Below are positions 28,346 to 37,519 of a DNA stretch of 42,205 nt, one piece after another; the stretch's first letter is position 1; the number at the start of each line of letters is the position of its first letter. This stretch comes from Cyclobacteriaceae bacterium (GTDB lineage: Bacteria > Bacteroidota > Bacteroidia > Cytophagales > Cyclobacteriaceae), in assembly GCA_035307285.1 (NCBI GenBank), contig DATGMS010000242.1:1-42205 (forward strand). Direction: 5' to 3'. The translations under genes were made by a program, and so were the position numbers. The notes beneath the pieces were generated by a model that worked only from the letters and a program-made list of their open reading frames with translations, did not search any database and had not been told where the DNA came from.

Positions 28346-28361
28346 TGCAACTTTTAAGCCA
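28346..28361 (-). promoter_or_regulatory. Candidate sigma-54 (-24/-12) promoter for csbD
   Basis: The minus strand reads TGGCTTAAAAGTTGCA. The spacing from GG to GC is exactly as in the consensus TGGCAC-N5-TTGCW. The -12 element lies about 45 nt upstream of the csbD ATG. Confidence 0.55.
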
Positions 28362-28377
28362 TTCCAAAAATAGCGCA

Positions 28378-29232
28378 CTACTTTTCTGTTGATGGACGTT
28401 TTTTCTTCCACCTATCATGCGACCATAAGTAAAGTGAAGGTTCCATCCGGATGTTTCTTTCCGTATGTTGGATGAAGGAATTTGTGATGCTATGTTCTGC
28501 CTCATCAAATGGGGGGGCAGCCAATTTTTGGTAAGTGAAGACATAATGTCCCCGTTTTGGTTTCGACACGTAGGAAAATATCACCGGATGGTTAAATTTC
28601 TTCGCCAACTTCTCAGCTCCCTCGTAAAATGCGGTTTCCCTATTCATAAACTCTCTCCAGTACCGAATTTCAGTTTTCTCAGGACGCTGGTCCGCCGCCA
28701 ATACGATGAGTCTGGGGTTGTTTCTTTCCCGTAAGAAACTTCTTTGGAATTTCTTTCTTTCAACCAATTTCCCTCCGAATCTTCCTCTCAGTTCGTGCAT
28801 CAGGTTCTCGAAGAACTGATTGTTGACTTTCTGGTATACGACCTCACATCGTTGTTGGACCAAAGCCTGTATTGCCAAAAGGTGGGCCTCCCAGTTGAAG
28901 AAATGGGAGGTCAGTCCGATTATCAATTCTCCGTTATTGATTTTCTCGAGCACTAGATCGACATTAACTATCTTGATTCTCTTGGCCAGATCCTCTTCGC
29001 TTATGGTGAGAAGCTTTACCGTTTCTGCCAAAGAATCCGTGAAATTCCTGTAGAACTTGCGCTTAATCTCTTTTCTTTCTGCTGGGGATTTTTCCGGAAA
29101 GGCATAAAAAAGGTTTGACTCTATCACTTTCTTCCTGTATTGTATCACGTAGCACATGATCAGGTACAGGACATCGGAAAAAATATACAGCAGTGAAATG
29201 GGAAGGCGTGAGATTGCTCGGAAAACAAACAT
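28378..29232 (-). CDS. Lipid A late acyltransferase-like protein (LpxL/HtrB family)
   Basis: 284 aa. N-terminal membrane anchor and the HFFNWE catalytic-dyad motif (HxxxxE), at a length typical of the family. Confidence 0.75.
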   Translation of the reverse strand: MFVFRAISRLPISLLYIFSDVLYLIMCYVIQYRKKVIESNLFYAFPEKSPAERKEIKRKFYRNFTDSLAETVKLLTISEEDLAKRIKIVNVDLVLEKINNGELIIGLTSHFFNWEAHLLAIQALVQQRCEVVYQKVNNQFFENLMHELRGRFGGKLVERKKFQRSFLRERNNPRLIVLAADQRPEKTEIRYWREFMNRETAFYEGAEKLAKKFNHPVIFSYVSKPKRGHYVFTYQKLAAPPFDEAEHSITNSFIQHTERNIRMEPSLYLWSHDRWKKKRPSTEK

Positions 29233-29365
29233 TCAAGGACAGGTTTCGTTTATTCGGTCAACTTTTGGGTGGAAGTTGTCCTTTAGGATTCAAAATAAAG
29301 AAAATCGGATGACTTTCTTTCAAAAAAATAGTTATTAATTAAGGCTATCACTATTTTTGGAACAT

Positions 29366-29971
29366 ATGTCTGAGGTACAAAGAAAGAAATATTCCGACAG
29401 GGATAAGAATAATATATTTGACAACGAGTTTATGCCTCACATAGACTCTATGTACAATTTTGCGTTTAGGCTCACCTTCGATGAGGATGATGCGAAAGAC
29501 CTGGTGCAGGATACCTATTTGAAAGCTTTCAGGTTTATCAATTCATTTGAGAAGGGTACCAATGCCAAGGCTTGGCTGTTCCGTATCCTGAAGAACAGCT
29601 TTATCAATGAGTATAGAAAGAAGAGCAAGCAGCCCACGAAGGTCGATTATCAGGAAGTTGAAACTTATTATAACTCAGAAAGTGTTGATTATAGCATAAC
29701 CTCCGATCTTCGCGTGGACGCGGTAAAGGACTTGATAGGAGACGAGATTTCCAATGCGTTAAATAGTCTGGCGGTTGATTTTAGAACGGTGATTATTCTT
29801 TGTGATCTTGAAGGGTTTACCTATGAAGAAATGGCCAAAATTCTGGATATTCCCATAGGAACAGTGAGATCAAGATTGCATAGAGCGAGGAACCTTTTAA
29901 AGGAAAAATTGCGTTCTTATGCTCAAAATATGGGCTACAATACTGAAGAAGAAAATAATGATCAGAGTTAA
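29366..29971 (+). CDS. ECF-type RNA polymerase sigma factor
   Basis: Region 2 (DAKDLVQDTYLKAF, WLFRILKNSFINEYR) and region 4 (FTYEEMAKILDIPIGTVRSRLHRAR). The ATG at 29366 lies inside the TTG-started track ORF. Confidence 0.85.
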   Translation: MSEVQRKKYSDRDKNNIFDNEFMPHIDSMYNFAFRLTFDEDDAKDLVQDTYLKAFRFINSFEKGTNAKAWLFRILKNSFINEYRKKSKQPTKVDYQEVETYYNSESVDYSITSDLRVDAVKDLIGDEISNALNSLAVDFRTVIILCDLEGFTYEEMAKILDIPIGTVRSRLHRARNLLKEKLRSYAQNMGYNTEEENNDQS

Positions 29972-29980
29972 AATAATAAA

Positions 29981-30250
29981 ATGGAAAAGGTAAACTCATC
30001 AGGAGAAAGGAAATTAAGTTGCGGTGATGAAAACAAGTGCTTTCAATTACTCGAAAGTATTCTGGATGGTGAAGCCCTTAGTGATTCAAAAGAAACGCTG
30101 GATCAAAAGTTGGCCAAATGCCAACCTTGCTTTGAATTCTACCACTTAGAACAAGCCATAAAGGATATATTGAAGAACAAATGCACTAAAAAGCCCGTCC
30201 CATCTGAACTGGCAGCAAGCATCCGGCAAAAAATTGAAGAGCTCCGATAA
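29981..30250 (+). CDS. Small soluble anti-sigma factor, RsrA/ZAS-like with a non-canonical metal site
   Basis: 89 aa with no TM segment. It lies 9 nt after the sigma gene. Cys at 14, 20, 47, 50 and 68, including C47-Q-P-C50 followed by an FYHLEQAIK helix. Confidence 0.6.
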   Translation: MEKVNSSGERKLSCGDENKCFQLLESILDGEALSDSKETLDQKLAKCQPCFEFYHLEQAIKDILKNKCTKKPVPSELAASIRQKIEELR

Positions 30251-30260
30251 AATTAACCCC

Positions 30261-30836
30261 ATGTCTTCAGGAAAAGCTGTTATTTTTTCGGCCCCGTCAG
30301 GATCGGGAAAGACCACAATTGTTAAACACCTTTTAAAATCAAACCCTCAATTGGGTTTTTCCATTTCTGCCTGTACTCGGGACAAAAGAGGTAGGGAGGA
30401 ACAAAATGGAAAGGATTATTACTTTCTGTCTCCAGAGGAATTCAAAGCCAAAATTGATCAAGACGCCTTTGTTGAATGGGAGGAAGTCTACGAAGGCAAC
30501 TTCTATGGTACCTTAAAAGACGAGATCCAGCGAATTTGGGATGAAGGGAAAGCCGTGGTTTTTGATGTGGATGTCAAGGGAGGTTTACATCTTAAGGAAT
30601 ATTTCGGGAGCAAAGCTTTGGCTATCTTTGTCAAAGTACCTTCACTTGAAGTATTGACCGAAAGGCTCAAAGATCGGGGTACCGAATCTGAAGAGAGTCT
30701 TTCGAGACGGCTTTATAAAGCCAAGTTTGAAATGGGGTTTGAAGATAAATTCGACATAAGCCTCATTAACGATAATATCGAGAAATCTTTCCGGGAAGCC
30801 GAAAATCTGGTGAGAGATTTTCTGAAAACGCCGTAA
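30261..30836 (+). CDS. gmk: Guanylate kinase
   Basis: P-loop [10 protein letters not shown] and the TRDKRGRE region. I use the ATG at 30261 rather than the TTG at 30234. Confidence 0.92.
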   Translation: MSSGKAVIFSAPSGSGKTTIVKHLLKSNPQLGFSISACTRDKRGREEQNGKDYYFLSPEEFKAKIDQDAFVEWEEVYEGNFYGTLKDEIQRIWDEGKAVVFDVDVKGGLHLKEYFGSKALAIFVKVPSLEVLTERLKDRGTESEESLSRRLYKAKFEMGFEDKFDISLINDNIEKSFREAENLVRDFLKTP

Positions 30837-30839
30837 AAA

Positions 30840-31409
30840 TTGAAAGTTGGACTTTTTTTTGGATCCTTTAATCCTATCCACGTGGGGCACCTGATCATCG
30901 CCAATATCATGCAGGATCAGACGGATCTGGATGAAATCTGGTTTATTGTATCCCCGCAAAACCCCCTAAAAAAAAGGAAAACCTTATTGCATGAGTTTGA
31001 TCGTTTGAGGATGGTTGAATTGGCGATAGGGGATAACTACAGATTCAGGGTTTCTGACGTGGAATTCCACATGCCCCGGCCCAGCTTTACCATCGATACA
31101 CTTACTTATCTTTCCGAGAAGCACCCCCAGCATGAGTTCAGGCTTGTGATCGGAGGGGATAATTTAAAAACCTTTCATAAATGGAAAAACAGTGAAGCAA
31201 TCCTTGATTTTTATGGCTTGTATGTCTACCCCCGCCCCCAGGAAAGCTTTAATTTAGTCCACCACAACGTCAAATACATCACTTCTCCCTTAATGGATAT
31301 CTCCGCAACATTTATCCGAAATGCTGTTCGGAAGGGACACTCCGTCAAATACCTCCTACCGGAAGCAGTCGAGGATTATATAAGAGACAAAAAGTTTTTT
31401 TTAGAATAA
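30840..31409 (+). CDS. nadD: Nicotinate-nucleotide adenylyltransferase
   Basis: GSFNPIHVGH (HxGH) and ISATFIRN motifs. It apparently uses a TTG start, since no in-frame ATG lies near the conserved N-terminus. Confidence 0.88.
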   Translation: MKVGLFFGSFNPIHVGHLIIANIMQDQTDLDEIWFIVSPQNPLKKRKTLLHEFDRLRMVELAIGDNYRFRVSDVEFHMPRPSFTIDTLTYLSEKHPQHEFRLVIGGDNLKTFHKWKNSEAILDFYGLYVYPRPQESFNLVHHNVKYITSPLMDISATFIRNAVRKGHSVKYLLPEAVEDYIRDKKFFLE

Positions 31410-31509
31410 TCGGTTGGTGATTGTCCAGCTATCAAATCACAGCACGGTGTTATTGCCGCCTTGGTTGAATTACTGGCATTAAAAAAAACCTCTTCATTAC
31501 ACTAAAATC

Positions 31510-32856
31510 TTACTCGGCATCGGCTAACATTCCCCTTCGAGTCTTAATTCGGTCTATAACAAGTTGGCCGACTTGCTCCCCCTGCTTTGCGCCATTTACT
31601 ATGGCCGGCATATAGTGAATGCCGCCATAAAATCTGCTTATTGCTGCTTCTTCCGCTGCTTCCTGGAAGGAATTGAACTCTCTTACAGGCAAGCCGAATA
31701 CCACTTCTGTCGAATCCACAAAAGACAGGTCATCCCCTAACAAGTGGGTCAAGGCAACCGCGGCTGCCGTAGACACCACACTATGCCCTGAAGTATATTC
31801 CGGGAAGGGTGGCGTCTGTAGTAAGGGTAGCCAATTTTCGTCCATATACTGGTTGATGTAGGTTTCGGGCCGGATCAACACGCTTCTGTATTTCTCATCC
31901 CAGCAGGAAAGAAAACCCTCGTACACCGCCAAGGAGGTGACCATTAGCGTCTCCGCAGTCTGCTTCCAGTCCAGTTCTTTGGTTTTGGCGGCGATGCCGG
32001 CGATGCCCATCCAGTGTCCCCCCGGAGTGATCTTTTTCTCGGCAAACATTACATGGCCCTTCACGTTCATTTTATAGGGGTTGCAATCCCAAAAAAAAGC
32101 GATTTCCCGCTGTTCCTCGGTGATCTGGTTAGTTGCCAACATTACCGCCTCTGCTTCTTTGTAAAAGTCACTTTCAGGGATAATGTCAAAAGGGGAGGGC
32201 CTTTCGGGTATAAATTGATTGGCTGAATCCATAACAAAGGGCCTCATTTTCGACCAATGTGGTTCCAGGCCTTCCATATATGCAGGAGGAGTAGGTTTCC
32301 AGAATGCATCCTCATTTGACACAGTGTATCGCTCGAAAGAACGGCTTTGGCTATAGTTGTCCTTGGAAGCATAAGCCCTCACGTGGTTGGCAACATCATT
32401 TCCTAAATCCAAAGAATTTTGAAATACTTCATCGGAGATCCCTTGGTCTTTGACCATTTGATAGAGCCTATCACGGTGGGGGATCAGTTGATCTTCTGAA
32501 AATATCATGGACATTGCAATCTGATAGTAAGCGGCTAAAGAGGCTAATGGAAACAGACACTCCTTTGAAGTGTCGTATTCTTTAGCCTCAAAGCCGTTCA
32601 ATTGGCCTGCCATGCTTAAGTACTGGTCATCGGCCAGAGCAACAACTTCATAAGCAGCCAAAGAGGCATAGGCATATATCCTGCTTGCTACCGGAGGCGA
32701 AAAAATATCGTGGACCATTACGTCGGTGGCTTGCTGATTCGCTTGGATTAAATAAGCATTTCCATTAAGCGTTTCTTGGTAATCCGTGTTCACCTGACAG
32801 GAAGTAAGACATCCGGCAAAAAATAGAAAATAGCAAAGGTAATGTTTAATTTTCAT
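31510..32856 (-). CDS. Vanadium-haloperoxidase / PAP2-superfamily lipoprotein
   Basis: Lipoprotein start MKIKHYLCYFLFFAGC. PAP2/haloperoxidase motifs PEYTSGHS and SRFYGGIHY. The track ORF extends 29 codons upstream. Confidence 0.75.
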   Translation of the reverse strand: MKIKHYLCYFLFFAGCLTSCQVNTDYQETLNGNAYLIQANQQATDVMVHDIFSPPVASRIYAYASLAAYEVVALADDQYLSMAGQLNGFEAKEYDTSKECLFPLASLAAYYQIAMSMIFSEDQLIPHRDRLYQMVKDQGISDEVFQNSLDLGNDVANHVRAYASKDNYSQSRSFERYTVSNEDAFWKPTPPAYMEGLEPHWSKMRPFVMDSANQFIPERPSPFDIIPESDFYKEAEAVMLATNQITEEQREIAFFWDCNPYKMNVKGHVMFAEKKITPGGHWMGIAGIAAKTKELDWKQTAETLMVTSLAVYEGFLSCWDEKYRSVLIRPETYINQYMDENWLPLLQTPPFPEYTSGHSVVSTAAAVALTHLLGDDLSFVDSTEVVFGLPVREFNSFQEAAEEAAISRFYGGIHYMPAIVNGAKQGEQVGQLVIDRIKTRRGMLADAE

Positions 32857-33033
32857 AGATATATTTAAAGGATAAGCGCTTGTAAGGCTTATAGCCGTAA
32901 GATTATGTTGGGCTAATGTAATAATTTTACTTATACAAGCCAATTGGATTCAGGGTAAAGTACTTTCTTTTATGACAGAACCGACCGGAGCCGGCCCAGT
33001 GAGAGCACGTATACACCAGCGTCGTTTAAAAGT

Positions 33034-33060
33034 AAAGCCGATTCGCCTGGCTTTCTTTTT
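33034..33060 (+). terminator. Hairpin plus U-tract inside the leader region upstream of the PAS kinase gene
   Basis: aaagcc (33034-33039) pairs with ggcttt (33049-33054), followed by cTTTTT. No CDS lies upstream on this strand. Confidence 0.45.
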
Positions 33061-33168
33061 CATTATCATAACATCCGGTATAATGGAATCAAAGATAATG
33101 CTTTAGGCATTTAAAATTTTTAAAGCTATTTTTAATGCTGAAATTCAATTGAACAAATCGAAAATTAG

Positions 33169-34269
33169 ATGCACAATAACGATAAATTATCCCCCGTTTT
33201 TAACAGCTCCCTATTTTTTAAAATGATGTTTGAAAATGCTGAGTTTACGGGCATTATAATTATGACCCCCCAAGGGACGATATTGGATGTCAACTATGGA
33301 ATGGAGAAGTGCTTTGGGTACACCAAGGAGTCATTGGTAGGAAAGGATTTTTCTGTTCTCTTCATAGAGGAGGATTTGAAGAAAAACCTGCCTGGAAGGG
33401 AGTTGGCAGGAACCATGGAGCGGGGTTCTTTCAACGATGAGAACTTTCTGAAAACGGCAAGTGGTGCAGCTACTTGGGTCCATGGGGAGAGCATCTATGC
33501 CAAAGATGAAGAGGGAAGAGAGTATGTTGTGAAAGTTATCCAGGACATCAATGAAGAAAAGATCTTGGGACAGGAGTTGAAATTGATCAATGAGGAACAG
33601 GAGAGGATAATCAATGATAGGGAAAACTTCATCTACACAGCGTCCCATGATCTTCAGTCGCCGATTAATAACATAGAAGGTTTGGTAATCGCCCTAAAAG
33701 AGAAAAAAGGCGACGATCCCGAAATTCTTTTGGCCATGATTGATAATTCCATTAAACGATTCAGAAACAAAATCAGGGAGCTGTCTGACATCGGGAAGGT
33801 GCAGGAGGAAGCAAGAAGATCTGAGGAAGTCGTTTTTCAGAATATTCTTGAGGAGGTTTTACTGGATCTCGAGATGGAGATAGAAAGTTCCGAAGCGGAA
33901 ATTGTTTCGGATTTCTCAGCGGTCCCCAAAATCCATTTTCCAAAGAGAAATCTAAAAAGTGTCCTCCAAAACCTGATGTCTAACGCTGTCAAATACCGAT
34001 CCTCGGACAGGAAGCTAAAGGTAAAGGTAATGACAGATACGGTAGGTGATGACTATATTTTATTGAGCGTTACAGACAATGGGATCGGAATAAGAGAGGA
34101 AGATAAGGATAGGGTATTTCAGATGTATGAACGGCTGAACACAGACAACCAAGGGACGGGAGTTGGAATGGCTATTGTAAAAAGAATAGTAGATAATTCC
34201 GGAGGAAAAATTGAACTGGATAGCGTAATAGGAGAGGGGTCTATCTTTAAAATATACCTGCCTAGTTGA
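33169..34269 (+). CDS. PAS-domain sensor histidine kinase (cytoplasmic, no adjacent response regulator)
   Basis: 366 aa. PAS region, H-box ASHDLQSPI, N-box LMSNAVKY, and G-boxes DNGIGI and GTGVGMAIV. Confidence 0.85.
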   Translation: MHNNDKLSPVFNSSLFFKMMFENAEFTGIIIMTPQGTILDVNYGMEKCFGYTKESLVGKDFSVLFIEEDLKKNLPGRELAGTMERGSFNDENFLKTASGAATWVHGESIYAKDEEGREYVVKVIQDINEEKILGQELKLINEEQERIINDRENFIYTASHDLQSPINNIEGLVIALKEKKGDDPEILLAMIDNSIKRFRNKIRELSDIGKVQEEARRSEEVVFQNILEEVLLDLEMEIESSEAEIVSDFSAVPKIHFPKRNLKSVLQNLMSNAVKYRSSDRKLKVKVMTDTVGDDYILLSVTDNGIGIREEDKDRVFQMYERLNTDNQGTGVGMAIVKRIVDNSGGKIELDSVIGEGSIFKIYLPS

Positions 34270-34449
34270 AGTTCAACCGCGCTTAAGTCCAAATGGGAAT
34301 ATAAGGTAAGGGGGTGATATCGAGCGTCATTGGATTTGTTGACCTCCTTTTAGGAGAGAAGGATAAATGTTAAAGTTGGGATTATATTTTTCTGAAAAAA
34401 GAGTGAAATATAGTAGAATCATCTTATATTCAGAGGTCTAATTCATATA

Positions 34450-35055
34450 ATGGCCTTCAATATGAAAAATGTCAGTTTTTACCTAATCCTCCTCCTTGTT
34501 ACCGCTTCCTCCTGTCTGTCCCAACGCGATTTTGTCGCTGAATATGATTATAGCTATAGGGGGAATTTCAAACGATACCAAACTTTCGGTTTTGTAGAAG
34601 ATACTGGCAGGGACCCATCCAGTAGCCAGCCCGTGATCGAAAAAACCATTGTTTCCAGACTGGGATCCCAAGGTTTTAGACTTAAAAACAACAATCCTGA
34701 CATGTTGATCACCTATAAGCTGTTCTTCGACCCGGTAAAGTATCGAGGATATGTTCAGCCAGATTTTGATATGTGGCTACAGAAAAAAGGTATTGTCCTT
34801 GAAGAGGTAGAGGAGGAAGAAGATGAGAAGGAGTTGGAAGAAAGGGAGAAAGGGGAGGATTATAACAAAGTAAAATACCAAGAAAATGAAGGCATGCTGG
34901 TTGTATTTGTCATAGATAAGAGGGGCAACACTATTTGGCAAGGGTATACCTCTGCGAGCTTCGATTACTCCTCCCCCAATCTGAATGTGGACCTTGCTAG
35001 GGCGACCTATAGGATAATGGACCAGTTCAGGCTCTTGGTAAATGCCTCTAATTAA
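34450..35055 (+). CDS. DUF4136-like lipoprotein with a poly-acidic insertion
   Basis: 201 aa. Lipobox TASSC. The family name is recalled from overall pattern only. The acidic run is LEEVEEEEDEKELEEREKGED. Confidence 0.5.
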   Translation: MAFNMKNVSFYLILLLVTASSCLSQRDFVAEYDYSYRGNFKRYQTFGFVEDTGRDPSSSQPVIEKTIVSRLGSQGFRLKNNNPDMLITYKLFFDPVKYRGYVQPDFDMWLQKKGIVLEEVEEEEDEKELEEREKGEDYNKVKYQENEGMLVVFVIDKRGNTIWQGYTSASFDYSSPNLNVDLARATYRIMDQFRLLVNASN

Positions 35056-35070
35056 AGAGCGAAAGGCTTC

Positions 35071-35547
35071 TCAATACAGGGTTTTATCATCCTTATAAAT
35101 CCATTCCTGGAATACTTTGGGCGCGTCTTCATGAAGTATTCTTGTCATGGGGATTTTTCTGTCCTCCATGGGGAGGTTTAATTCTTCGTAAATAAAATTA
35201 TCATCAAAACCAGCTTCGGCAGCATCTTTTTTGTCATTGGCAAAGAACACCCTCGCCGGTCGGGCCCAATAGATGGCACCGATGCACATGGGGCAGGGTT
35301 CGCAGGAGGTGTAGAGCTCACAGCCATCTAGCTGAAAAGATCCAAGGTTTTTGCAGGCATCTCTTATCGCCAAAACCTCCGCATGGGCGGTAGGGTCATT
35401 GGTGCTGGCGACGCTGTTGCATCCTTTGCCAACCACCTCTCCGTCTTTAACGATAATACAGCCAAAAGGTCCTCCTTTTCCTGTCATCATTCCTTCACGT
35501 GAAAGATCAATGGCCATTTGCATATATTGCTTTTGAGTCTCGGTCAT
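35071..35547 (-). CDS. guaD: Guanine deaminase (CDA-fold nucleoside deaminase)
   Basis: 158 aa. Zinc motifs HAE and PCPMC, and GFDDNFIYEEL, which is typical of the small GuaD-type enzymes. Confidence 0.8.
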   Translation of the reverse strand: MTETQKQYMQMAIDLSREGMMTGKGGPFGCIIVKDGEVVGKGCNSVASTNDPTAHAEVLAIRDACKNLGSFQLDGCELYTSCEPCPMCIGAIYWARPARVFFANDKKDAAEAGFDDNFIYEELNLPMEDRKIPMTRILHEDAPKVFQEWIYKDDKTLY

Positions 35548-35617
35548 TTTAGTGATTTCTGTTAAGATGGATACTAAGGTTTTATTAAAGATAATGCTTA
35601 ACCACAGGACGTCTAAT

Positions 35618-36343
35618 TTAATTGATCCATTTATTTAAAAAGACCAAGAAATTATCTTTGTAGTTGTCGCTTACCGCAATCGTTATCGAACCCATATTGA
35701 CCGTGTTTCTGGTGATACTCTGAATTTGGTCCAATGAAATGATGAAGGAGCGATGGATCCTCATGAACTGACTGGAGGGAAGTAGCTCCTCCATATTTTT
35801 TAGACTGGTAAGAGACAGTATAGGTGTAGGCCTATCAGCCAGATGTACTTTTACATAGTCCTTATAGCCCTCAATGTATATAATGTCTTTCAACATCACT
35901 TTAACCAGTTGGTATTCAACTTTCAGAAACAGGTAATCAAGGACTTTTTCCGGTGTGGGCTTGGGAGCCTTTGAGAAATAATTATAGGCTTTGGAGCTGG
36001 CTTTAAGAAACTCCTCATAGCTGAAAGGTTTCAGTAAATAGTCTAAAGCATCAACTTTATATCCTTCAATTGCAAATTGGTTATAGGCTGTAGTGAAAAT
36101 TATTTTTGGTTTCCTTTCTTTGGTATTTCCGTCCAACACCCTCGCCAATTCCATTCCAGAGAGATCCGGCATCTGTATGTCTAAGAATACTAGATCTATC
36201 TCATGTTGGTGGATATAATTGAGGGCTTCAATGGCATTTTCAAATTTACCTTCCAGTGTCAGGAAAGAAGTTTGGTGGATAAAGTTGCTGACCATTTCCA
36301 AAGCCAAGGGTTCATCATCTACGGCAATGCATTTTACATTCAT
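35618..36343 (-). CDS. LytTR-family response regulator
   Basis: 241 aa. REC (AVDDEPLA, DIQMPDLSG, KP) plus a C-terminal LytTR DNA-binding domain. ATGA overlap with the kinase gene. Confidence 0.9.
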   Translation of the reverse strand: MNVKCIAVDDEPLALEMVSNFIHQTSFLTLEGKFENAIEALNYIHQHEIDLVFLDIQMPDLSGMELARVLDGNTKERKPKIIFTTAYNQFAIEGYKVDALDYLLKPFSYEEFLKASSKAYNYFSKAPKPTPEKVLDYLFLKVEYQLVKVMLKDIIYIEGYKDYVKVHLADRPTPILSLTSLKNMEELLPSSQFMRIHRSFIISLDQIQSITRNTVNMGSITIAVSDNYKDNFLVFLNKWIN

Positions 36344-37416
36344 TTGAGGTTGATTTTTAGATCCACACGGTACTCATTATCGGGATTGGTATCATCGATG
36401 GACAAGCTATGTTTATTTTCATAAATAAGTGACAACCTCCTATTGGTATTGGTCAACCCGATACCGCTTCCTTGAGCTTCTATGCTGCCCTTGTTGGACG
36501 GAACAATCTTATTAACAGTCTGAAGATGGAGAACATTGTTTTCTAAGCTCAGTTTAATACTGATTTTGCTTTCTTGTTGAGAACTGATGCCATGTTTGAA
36601 GCAGTTTTCAATGAAAGGCAGCAACAACATGGGCGCAATGACAGTGTCCGTGAACTGTTCCTGAATTTGTAGATCAACATAGATTTTTTCGGAAAGCCTC
36701 AGTTTCATCAAAGTGACAAAATCTTTGATGAAATCCATTTCCTTGCTTAGTAGCGTCCTGTCCTTTTCCGTCTCGTATAGTACATAGCGCATCATTCGCG
36801 AAAGCTTATGCAGCGCCATTCTGGCCCTTTCCAGATCAATACTGGTCAACGCATAAATATTGTTCAGTGTGTTGAAGAAAAAGTGGGGGTTGATTTGGGC
36901 TTTGAGATAGGAAAGCTCCGAACTGATCCTTTCTTCTTCTAACTGTCTTCTTAAGGCTTCATCCGCCTGCCATTTTTGGACGGCAGCCACGCTGGTACTG
37001 ATACCTAAGCAGAGAAAGGTAATTAGAATGGTGATGATGTCGAGTGAAAAGAGATGCCTTTTTGGAACGTAGGGCGTATTGGGCCTAAAAGCCCTATGCA
37101 TAAGTTCAGGAAGATTCAGCCATATTTCAACCTGCTGTATCACCAACATAAATAGGAGGGTGATGATGAGAGCCATACCCAAAAACAACCAGGTTTTACC
37201 CTTTTTAAATAGAAACTTGGGCACAAGTAGGTGTTCATTCAAATAGAAAACTCCAGCGAGCATGATCAGGAGAATTCCCTGTCTTACCCAGAATTGATCT
37301 GGCAATACTACTTTCCAGGAAAGCGGGTTCAATAAAAACAACATCATACCCAGCAACAACCAAGCTGAAACATGAAGAAGTATGGGGAGTTTATATCGGT
37401 GGGAAGTAGTATTCAT
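36340..37416 (-). CDS. LytS/YehU-type sensor histidine kinase
   Basis: 358 aa. About 4 TM helices, then the His_kinase motif QINPHFFFNTLNNI and an ATPase region. Confidence 0.85.
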   Translation of the reverse strand: MNTTSHRYKLPILLHVSAWLLLGMMLFLLNPLSWKVVLPDQFWVRQGILLIMLAGVFYLNEHLLVPKFLFKKGKTWLFLGMALIITLLFMLVIQQVEIWLNLPELMHRAFRPNTPYVPKRHLFSLDIITILITFLCLGISTSVAAVQKWQADEALRRQLEEERISSELSYLKAQINPHFFFNTLNNIYALTSIDLERARMALHKLSRMMRYVLYETEKDRTLLSKEMDFIKDFVTLMKLRLSEKIYVDLQIQEQFTDTVIAPMLLLPFIENCFKHGISSQQESKISIKLSLENNVLHLQTVNKIVPSNKGSIEAQGSGIGLTNTNRRLSLIYENKHSLSIDDTNPDNEYRVDLKINLK

Positions 37417-37519
37417 GTTTATAAAGAAGGGAAATTATGCCTAAACATAAAATAAAGTTTTAATAATTCTAAGAGTAATCTATAGGTTGCCAAGATATCC
37501 CCATGAATAGGCATTTTCA

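Noticed and set aside
28320-28544. 74-aa minus-strand ORF overlapping the end of the acyltransferase gene and the csbD upstream region
   Set aside because: It is out of frame with and overlaps the LpxL-like CDS. The region is better explained as the csbD promoter plus leader.
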